Shown: positions 57,058 to 64,000 of the stretch, piece by piece
Layout: every line of letters starts with the position of its first letter
Position numbering within the stretch: position 1 is the first letter of the stretch
Assembly: GCA_963735595.1 (NCBI GenBank)
Contig: CAVTLK010000002.1
Coordinates: forward strand, 704,001-768,000
Length of the DNA stretch: 64,000 bases
Origin: an uncultured delta proteobacterium
Lineage (GTDB): Bacteria; Desulfobacterota; Zymogenia; Zymogenales; Zymogenaceae
Direction: 5' to 3'
The notes under the pieces: generated by a model
Seen by the model: the letters and a program-made list of their open reading frames with translations, nothing else
What the model was told of the DNA's origin: nothing
Database searches by the model: none
Program-made: the position numbers and the translations under genes

Positions 57058-57606
57058 ATGCCGATAAAACAACGCCTTTCCCCGAGCATGGAAGACTACC
57101 TCGAGGTCATTTACGGCCTGGTCAATGAAAACCGGGTTGCCCGTGTCAGGGATATCGCCGATATACTCGCCGTCACGATGCCGTCGGTAACGGGGGCGCT
57201 CAAGAAGCTCTCCAAGAAGGGGCTGGTCAACTACGACCCGCACGAAGTCATAACCCTGACGCCCGAGGGCCAGGCGCTGGCCGGCAAGCTCGCCCACGCC
57301 CACAGGTCAATCGCATCGTTTCTGACGGAAGTCCTCAATATCCAGCCCGAGATTGCCGAAAAAAACGCGTGCCGTATGGAGCACGCCATCGACGACGTCG
57401 TGCTGACGCGCCTCATCCGCTATATCGAGTTCGTCGGGAAATGTCCCGGAGCCGGGGCGCACTTTTCCGAGGAATACGGCCTGTTCTGCCCCGAGACTCC
57501 CGACCGGCAGACCTGCGAACAATGCCTTGCCGACCGTCTGCGGGAGACCGGGCATGCCGGTGAAAAGAAACAGGCGAAGGTCCTGTCCCGGTCGGCCAAG
57601 CCGTGA
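57058..57606 (+). CDS. DtxR/MntR metal-dependent regulator
   Basis: EDYLE, ARVRDIA, PSVTGA, ACRMEH. Confidence 0.9.
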   Translation: MPIKQRLSPSMEDYLEVIYGLVNENRVARVRDIADILAVTMPSVTGALKKLSKKGLVNYDPHEVITLTPEGQALAGKLAHAHRSIASFLTEVLNIQPEIAEKNACRMEHAIDDVVLTRLIRYIEFVGKCPGAGAHFSEEYGLFCPETPDRQTCEQCLADRLRETGHAGEKKQAKVLSRSAKP

Positions 57607-57738
57607 GACGGGCCGGTTGATACGGAATCGGGGTACATAAAAAAGGGGCGGCCAATGTCAATAGCCGCCTTTTTTAAGTTATGTGAGAGAAAACCAACCG
57701 CCTCGGGCTCATCCGTTCAGTCGGCAGCGTGTCGATCA

Positions 57739-58743
57739 TTAGACGCCCGCGGCCGGCATACCCTCCGCGATCGAAAAGGCCCGGCTCGTCAGCTCGGCCG
57801 GGATGAGGTTTTGCCGCATCTGCTCGGTCAGCGCCGGTATCGCCAGCCACTGGCCGGACGAGGTCATGACGATCTCGAACGTGCCGTCCGGCTTTACCAC
57901 CGCGGCGCCGCCGGATGCCCAGAACATCATCCGCTTGGCGATGTCTCCCTTTACCCGGTCTCCTTTCCCGAAGAAGACTACCCGCTCGTTTATCCCGACA
58001 TCCCGGTAGAAGGTGTAGGAGAGCCGGACCGAGACGCCGCCGTTCTTGGAGAGGAAGAACGCCCCCCATCCCATCGTCTCGTCGCCGAGGGCCAACAGGC
58101 AGATGGGATGCAGGTAACCGTAGCGGACAAAACGGCAAACGGTTTGGCTATCCTCGGGGTCAAAACCGATCGTCGCAACGACGATTCGATCACCGGAGCC
58201 GTCCACGAGCCTGAACTGCCGTTTGAGGCCCGGATACTGCCTGCCGACACCGCAGACGAAGCAATTTACGTAGTAGGGCAGGGGCATGAGCCTGTCCCTG
58301 ATATCAGCGAAGTTCGCGGGGAGGTTGGAGGAGAGTGCCTTTCTCCCGTCGGGGTCGTCCTTTGTATAGGCGATCTCCCCGGAGATATAGGGATAGGGCT
58401 GGCCCTCCTTTTCGATGACGCCCGTTCCGCCGCCGCCGGCCGCCGACACCGTAAGCCGGGCCGTATCTCCCACAACGACCTGGGCCCCGCCCATCCGAAA
58501 GTCAACCGAGATGGGGAATATCCGGGCGGGGTCGTCCGGAAACGAGGGAGCCAGCGAAAGCAGCTCCATGATCGCCCCCATGCCGAAGCCGCCGTGGGGT
58601 ATGCCGATCCAGCCCTCCGTCCGCTCGTCCATGACCAGGGGGGCGACGAGCGTGCCGTCGGGCGCCGTGTCGTAGTGCCGGATGATAAAGCCGTCAGTCC
58701 CGCAGGCGGAACAATCCTTATGATAGGTAGCTTGAGAGTCCAT
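57739..58743 (-). CDS. Double hotdog-fold thioesterase-like protein
   Basis: EGW.GIPHGG, CFVCG, DE.MGW. Confidence 0.6.
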   Translation of the reverse strand: MDSQATYHKDCSACGTDGFIIRHYDTAPDGTLVAPLVMDERTEGWIGIPHGGFGMGAIMELLSLAPSFPDDPARIFPISVDFRMGGAQVVVGDTARLTVSAAGGGGTGVIEKEGQPYPYISGEIAYTKDDPDGRKALSSNLPANFADIRDRLMPLPYYVNCFVCGVGRQYPGLKRQFRLVDGSGDRIVVATIGFDPEDSQTVCRFVRYGYLHPICLLALGDETMGWGAFFLSKNGGVSVRLSYTFYRDVGINERVVFFGKGDRVKGDIAKRMMFWASGGAAVVKPDGTFEIVMTSSGQWLAIPALTEQMRQNLIPAELTSRAFSIAEGMPAAGV

Positions 58744-58769
58744 AGTCGCTCCAAACCGGAAGTATCGGC

Positions 58770-59947
58770 TTACTTGGTGAGATATCCCTCGACGTAGATC
58801 TCCAGCGCCCGGATCATCAACGCGAGGTTTTCCATATTGACGCGGTCGATATTATCCTTCGTGCTGTGGAACCCTCCCTCGCCGAGTCCCGGCGTCCCGG
58901 CGTTGCCGATCGTGACCGCGGGTATGCCCGCCGACATGAAGCGCTGCGCATCGTCGGTGATCTTCTCACGGGGCTCAATGGAGGTGCCGGATACCCTTGT
59001 CCAGGCGGCGCCGAGGCGCTCGATGAGGTCCGGGTCGGCGTCGAAATATTTCAGGAATATCCCGTCCTTTTTCCAGTAGACCATGGGGCCGTTTTGAGCG
59101 AAGAGCTCGAGGTTGACGAGGGTCGTGGGGAGGGCGGGTGCCGTGCCGCCGCCGAAGCGCTCCTTCAGGTACCAGTGTGCGCCCTGCAGCGTCACCTCCT
59201 CGCCGGCGGTAAAAATGATAGTAACGTTGGAGTTGCCGAGGCTCACCTTGCCGTCATGGATGTCTTTTGCCAGCACCATGAGGGCCGCCACCGAGGTGCC
59301 GTTGTCCACCGCGCCGTAGCTCTGCCGGTCCGACGGGATGAAGATGTACCCCCCGAACCCGAGGAAGACCAGGCCCCAGAAGACGACGAGCACCCCGGCA
59401 AGGACGATGGTGACCGCCGCCGGCCCCTTTTCCTCAGGAGGTCGTACCTCCTCGTGAAGAAGGTGAAGACGGCAAGCACGATGCCGAGGATAAATGCCAG
59501 CGGTATGAACCGGTATATCTTTGCCCGCTGGACGTGGTCCCAAAAGTCGGTCTTGGAGTCGTAGTGGGCGGCAAAGATCAGCTCCCGCGCCGGATTGGGC
59601 ACCGTGTAGGTGACAACGATATTTTCGCCGGTCGTTTTCACGACGCCCGTGACGACCGGGACAAAGAGCTCGAACTCGACGACGAGCAGGAGCGGGATGG
59701 CGAGCGCCACGATCAGCGCGGCGATCGGCCGTTTCTTGACGATGAGGACCAACAGGAGCACCGCCAGGAGAAGCACGGCGATCCCCAGGATCAGCTGCAT
59801 ATAGGGGCGCAGGGCGAATTCCTGCACGACGAACGGGACGCCCCAATCGGTCAGCGTTGTCTTGATGTACGTTGCGGTTTCTGCGAGGGCCGGACTGTGG
59901 TTGGGGCGCGGGATGGAAAGGTGAGACATTATCTCGGTAAGGTCCAT
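58770..59947 (-). CDS. Membrane M28-family peptidase (frameshift near 59430)
   Basis: AHYDSK, GAVDNGTS, GEE, TDD, FHSTKD. Confidence 0.8.
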
Positions 59948-60149
59948 AACAGCCTCCACTCGATAGAATATGCCGCCGATTATAGCACACTTTTTTCGGA
60001 TGGGCATGCAATTATGATCATAGTTGACCATCCGGCGTCTTGTTGTATAATAGAGTAGTGAGGCGATAGGTAGTCTGAAAGACATCGTATTGCCGTCCTC
60101 GTCGATGAGGCCGGCCTTCTTATGTGAAAGATATAAAGGGTTTACCGCC

Positions 60150-60590
60150 ATGAAAGACCCGAAAACCGGGGCCGCTGCGATCCGCGCAATGGAGCCGTCC
60201 GATTATGCGGCAGTCCTGGCCCTCTGGAAGTCTCTGCCCGGCATGGGGCTGTCTTCGGCGGACGAGCCTCACAACATCGCGGCTTTCCTCGAAAAGAACC
60301 CGACGACCAGCCTCGTAGCCGAGCGGGAGGGGCGCATCGTCGGGACGGTGCTGGGCGGCTGGGACGGCCGACGGGGCTACGTCTATCACCTGGCGGTTGC
60401 CCTATCGTCCCAGGCGGCGGGCATCGGGACGGCGCTCATGGACGAGGTCGAGAGGCGGTTCGCCGCGCTGGGCGCGCGGCGCATTCATCTGATGATCTAC
60501 CGGGACAACCAGGCCGCGGCCTTCTACGAGAGGCGCGGCTGGTTCAGCCGGGACGGCGAACTCTCGCTCATGAGTAAGGATTTAGCGTAA
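60150..60590 (+). CDS. GNAT acetyltransferase (YpeA-like)
   Basis: DGRRGYVYHLAV, GIG, FYERRG. Confidence 0.88.
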   Translation: MKDPKTGAAAIRAMEPSDYAAVLALWKSLPGMGLSSADEPHNIAAFLEKNPTTSLVAEREGRIVGTVLGGWDGRRGYVYHLAVALSSQAAGIGTALMDEVERRFAALGARRIHLMIYRDNQAAAFYERRGWFSRDGELSLMSKDLA

Positions 60591-60639
60591 CACTCCGTCC
60601 CGTGCGGACGGCGTCCCGGCGTACTCGTCCGGGACGGGG

Positions 60640-61137
60640 ATGAGCACAATGAAACGAGCATCAATTGTCTCCTTTATCTCCCTTATCTGCCTGACGGTCC
60701 TCTTCATCGGGACGGCCGCGTGCGTCCCCATATACTGGGTAGACGGGAGCGGATATTTTATCGCGTCTGACGCGTCGGCAGCCGACGAGGTCCTGGTCCT
60801 GGTCAACCGCGAGCGTCAGAAAAACGGCTTCCCACCCGTCGCCGGTGACCCGGTGCTGTCGGCCATCGCTCAGGACCACGCGGAGGATATGGCCAGGAGG
60901 GGCTATTTCAGCCATACGAGCCCCGAGGGCAACGACCTCTTCGGGCGGCTGGCCGGGGCGCAGGTCTGCTACCGGCGTGCCGCGGAGAACATCGCCTGGG
61001 GCTACAGCAGCCCGACGTCGCTGGTCAGGGGCTGGATGAATTCATCCGGCCACCGAAAAAATATCCTCGGGGACTTTACGAAGGTCGGTATCGGGACGTA
61101 CCGGGGATACTCTGTGCTGGTTCTCGTCAGGGAGTAG
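60640..61137 (+). CDS. CAP/SCP domain protein
   Basis: VNRER, H.EDMA..GYFSH, AENIAWG, WMNSSGHRKNIL. Confidence 0.9.
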   Translation: MSTMKRASIVSFISLICLTVLFIGTAACVPIYWVDGSGYFIASDASAADEVLVLVNRERQKNGFPPVAGDPVLSAIAQDHAEDMARRGYFSHTSPEGNDLFGRLAGAQVCYRRAAENIAWGYSSPTSLVRGWMNSSGHRKNILGDFTKVGIGTYRGYSVLVLVRE

Positions 61138-61140
61138 GGG

Positions 61141-62217
61141 ATGGGGGCATACCGCGAGTGCACGTTCTTCGTTTTTTCCGGCACCGGCAACACGTGGTGG
61201 GTTGCCAAACGGATGGCGGCCCGCGCCGGGGCCGCGGGCTTGAGAACGCGCGTCTCGATGCTCGCCGACTGTCCCGTCCGCACTATCACGGTCGACCACG
61301 ACTCTCTCGTGGGCCTCTTCATGCCGACCCACGGGTTCACCGCCCCCTGGCGGATGATCTCGTTTGCCGCCCGGATGCCGCGGGGACGCGGGGCGCACGC
61401 AGTGGTCGCGGCCACCCGGGCCGGGACGAAGTTCGGGAGGGTGTTCCTGCCCGGCATGGAGGGGACGGCGGGCTACCTCATCGCGGGGATACTGGCGATC
61501 AAGGGCTACCGGGTGCGGGGGGTCGCCGGGATAGACATGCCCTCCAACTGGACGGCGCTGCACCCCGGGTTCTCGGAAAAAAACGCCCGGGCGATCATCG
61601 AACGGGCGGGGCCAAAGGCCGACGGCTTCATCGACCGCGTCGTTTCCGGCGGGCGCGCGTTCCGGGGATTCATTTGCCTTGCGCTGGGGATTGTGCTTGC
61701 CCCGATATCGGCGGGGTATCTCTTATACGGCCGCTTCATGCTCTCGAAGCTGTTCTTTGCCGATAATAGATGTAATGGCTGCGGCATCTGCGCCCGCGAC
61801 TGCCCGAACGGCGCGATCAGGATGCTCGGGAAGAAGCGACCCCGGCCGTTCTGGACGTTTGCCTGCGAGAGCTGCATGCGCTGTATGGGCTATTGCCCCA
61901 AGGAGGCCGTGCAGGCCGGGCACTCGTGGGCCGTGATCCTCTACTTCATCACCGTGATACCGTTTGCCCAGTACCTCCTTACCGTCCTTGTCACGTACCT
62001 CCCCGGCGCTCAAGCCATCCGCGGGACGTGGGCCATGAATGTCATCCAGTATCCCTTCTTCCTCCTCTCCCTCATGGGGGCCTACGCCCTCTTCTGGCTT
62101 GCCACCCGCATCCCGGCGGTCAACGCCGTCTTTGCCTACACCACGCTGACCCGGGCCTACCGGCGGTATCACGAGCCGGATACGGGGGTCAAGGAGATGA
62201 GGCGGAAGTCCCGGTGA
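61141..62217 (+). CDS. EFR1-type flavodoxin/ferredoxin fusion with TM segments
   Basis: FSGTGNT, MPSNW, two CxxCxxCxxxCP motifs. Confidence 0.85.
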   Translation: MGAYRECTFFVFSGTGNTWWVAKRMAARAGAAGLRTRVSMLADCPVRTITVDHDSLVGLFMPTHGFTAPWRMISFAARMPRGRGAHAVVAATRAGTKFGRVFLPGMEGTAGYLIAGILAIKGYRVRGVAGIDMPSNWTALHPGFSEKNARAIIERAGPKADGFIDRVVSGGRAFRGFICLALGIVLAPISAGYLLYGRFMLSKLFFADNRCNGCGICARDCPNGAIRMLGKKRPRPFWTFACESCMRCMGYCPKEAVQAGHSWAVILYFITVIPFAQYLLTVLVTYLPGAQAIRGTWAMNVIQYPFFLLSLMGAYALFWLATRIPAVNAVFAYTTLTRAYRRYHEPDTGVKEMRRKSR

Positions 62218-62288
62218 CGGGCGGCGGATGCGTTCCTTTTTTAAGTCAATTCGGCTGAATTGCTAATCTATATTTGTTCGCTATTCCG

Positions 62289-62317
62289 TTGACGGAAACT
62301 AATTTGGTTGCTATACT
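62289..62317 (+). promoter_or_regulatory. sigma70 promoter with extended -10
   Basis: TTGACG-17bp-TATACT preceded by TG. Confidence 0.6.
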
Positions 62318-62433
62318 ATATACAAAGGCCGGCCGACGTGGTGCTTGACCGACGCCGAAAAGCGTGTTGTCGTCGGCGTGACGGGCAGGCTACGCCGGAT
62401 CGCGAAAAAGAAAGAGAAAAAGGAGTATTAGTT

Positions 62434-62586
62434 ATGGCATGGAGAGAAAAGAAGAAACAGAAAGGGATAAAGACTAAAGGGAATGAGAAGGTTTCGGGCG
62501 TAGTAACCTCAGTTGCGGGGGTACTGTCCGCCAGCGGCCCTGCTTTAGCTCAAGCGCCGTATAAGAAGAAGACGAAAAAGAAATAA
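62434..62586 (+). CDS. Small Lys-rich hypothetical protein (50 aa)
   Basis: AAGGAG RBS, upstream promoter; MAWREKKKQK...YKKKTKKK. Confidence 0.55.
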   Translation: MAWREKKKQKGIKTKGNEKVSGVVTSVAGVLSASGPALAQAPYKKKTKKK

Positions 62587-62644
62587 TTGCCCCCTGCGCC
62601 GGATAAGCTCTCTTACGGATCTATCGGGTCTCTCTATCAAGCAG

Positions 62645-62774
62645 CATACTTTCCCCTTTTTTCCGCACATGGCGGCCTGCGCTATCTTCCGGCTTGCCAC
62701 GCTGATCCCTGCCGTCAACACCGCCTTTGCCTACACGACGCTCACCCGCGCCTGGCGGCGGTGTTATGAGCCGG
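62645..62774 (+). pseudogene. Degenerate copy of the 3' end of the EFR1-type gene
   Basis: GCCGTCAACACCGCCTTTGCCTACACGACGCTCACCCG resembles 62116-62154. Confidence 0.7.
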
Positions 62775-62880
62775 TAGGAAAAAGGGGTACGTCTCCGTTT
62801 GACTCTTGTCCACAGAAGGAAACGTGACAATTCTCCGGTTAGCACCCGTAGGGGCTGCAAACATGCGGCTCGCCATAGAC

Positions 62881-63330
62881 CGTCATTGCGAGGGAGGCAG
62901 CAGCCGACCGCGGCAATCTCCTCGCCGCCGGAGGCCATGCGCCGGAGAAGAAGAGACAAACCCACGAGAATCGGACGCGATGATGAGATTGCTTCGTCGC
63001 GATGCTCCTCGCAATGACGAATAGTGTTCCCGGTGACAGTCGAAGGTTGCCACGACCCCTTCGGGGGCTCGCAATGACAATAGTAATTGCCGCCGAAGGC
63101 GGCACTATTAAGCACCGCCGCCCCTACGGATTCTAAGGCAGTACGCCCTTATCACCCGTAGGGACACGACTTGTCGTGTCCATCACGAGTCCCGTCATTG
63201 CGAGGGAGGCAGTAGCCGACCGCAGCAATCTCCTCGCCGCCGGAGGCCATACGCCAATAAAGGAGGGACAATCGCGCAAAAACCAACGCGATGATGAGAT
63301 TGCTTCGTCGCGATGCTCCTCGCAACGACG
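62881..63330. repeat. Two ~139-bp palindromic REP-like units (62881-63019, 63192-63330) plus GTAG-type REP halves
   Basis: CGTCATTGCGAG...GCAATCTC...GAGATTGCTTCG...CTCGCAA(T/C)GACG twice; CCCGTAGGG and CCCCTACGG motifs interleaved. Confidence 0.8.
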
Positions 63331-63371
63331 AGTAACGTATCGTATTAATTACCCGACCACAAAAAAATCCC

Positions 63372-63417
63372 TTGACATCCCCCCATTATTTAGTTAGTAT
63401 GCAAGTCAATCGCATAC
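63372..63417 (+). promoter_or_regulatory. marR promoter with overlapping palindromic operator
   Basis: TTGACA-17bp-TAGTAT; GTATGC-N9-GCATAC at 63397-63417. Confidence 0.65.
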
Positions 63418-63442
63418 AAGGAATCCGGGAAACCCGGCACCC

Positions 63443-63859
63443 ATGAAACCCACCGACTGCATATTCTTCCAGCTTACCAAGGCGAGTCAGAACGCCATCC
63501 GTTTCTTCAGCCAGCGGGTAACGCCGCTGGGGGTAACGGCGGCGCAGGCGTTGGTGATGCTGTTTCTGTTTGACGAGGACTCCGTCACCTCCAAGGACCT
63601 CGGGGAGCGGGCGCAGCTGGACAGCGCCACGCTCACCGGCATCATCGACCGGCTGGAGGCGCAGGGCCTCGTGGTGCGGGGCGAGCACCCGGACGACCGG
63701 CGGGCGATATCGGTACGCCTCACCGATACCGGGCGCGAGACCGCGGCGAGGATTTCGGCGCTCTCGGAGGAGGCCAACAGGGATTTCTTGCGCGGCCTAT
63801 CGCCCGAGGACGAGAAGGCGCTCCGGGGCCTCCTTTCGGTGGTCAGGGAGATCGGCTGA
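63443..63859 (+). CDS. MarR family regulator
   Basis: LDSATLTGIIDRLE..GLV.R...DDRR...LT..G. Confidence 0.92.
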   Translation: MKPTDCIFFQLTKASQNAIRFFSQRVTPLGVTAAQALVMLFLFDEDSVTSKDLGERAQLDSATLTGIIDRLEAQGLVVRGEHPDDRRAISVRLTDTGRETAARISALSEEANRDFLRGLSPEDEKALRGLLSVVREIG

Positions 63860-63934
63860 TTTTTTTTCGGCACATAACTCGTATGCAATTAGATTGTATG
63901 AAAGCGATTATAAAACCGTAGAAGAGGAGATACG

Positions 63935-64000
63935 ATGGACAAGGAAGCAATCAGGAAATACGCTCTTGACCTCGGTGCGGACGTGGTGGGGTTTGCCGCG
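63935..64000 (+). CDS. Partial CDS, probably QueG-like/Fe-S protein N-terminus
   Basis: GAGGAG RBS; MDKEAIRKYALDLGADVVGFAA runs off the window. Confidence 0.5.
   Translation, partial: MDKEAIRKYALDLGADVVGFAA

Overview
GC-rich bacterial chromosomal window; gene content suggests an anaerobic Desulfobacterota/deltaproteobacterium-like organism (inference). 1-10.2 kb is mostly core genes: acyltransferase, B12 radical SAM, AlkD-like, an alaC-hom-thrC-apgM-thioesterase operon and tatA. An initiator tRNA-Met lies at 10353-10429. From there to about 38.75 kb runs the main discovery: ten further direct copies of the tRNA 3' end plus terminator hairpin, each bounding a 0.6-6.7 kb block of unrelated cargo genes, broadly more decayed with distance from the tRNA, and with no integrase in the window. 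Several blocks are also framed by IS3-family end remnants: a transposase tail with a conserved sigma70-like promoter and right end on the left, and a left end plus a shared ~135-bp arm on the right. This suggests a non-autonomous, tRNA-targeting gene-capture cassette array. The right half holds a sulfatase with its maturase, ALDH, msrBA, PiT/DUF47, recG, TonB, a DtxR regulator and others. It also hides a probable two-selenocysteine fusion protein (C_GCAxxG_C_C domain plus glutaredoxin-like Uxx* domain) with two SECIS-like hairpins, which the ORF track misses. Several single-base frameshifts in otherwise intact genes are probably sequencing errors.
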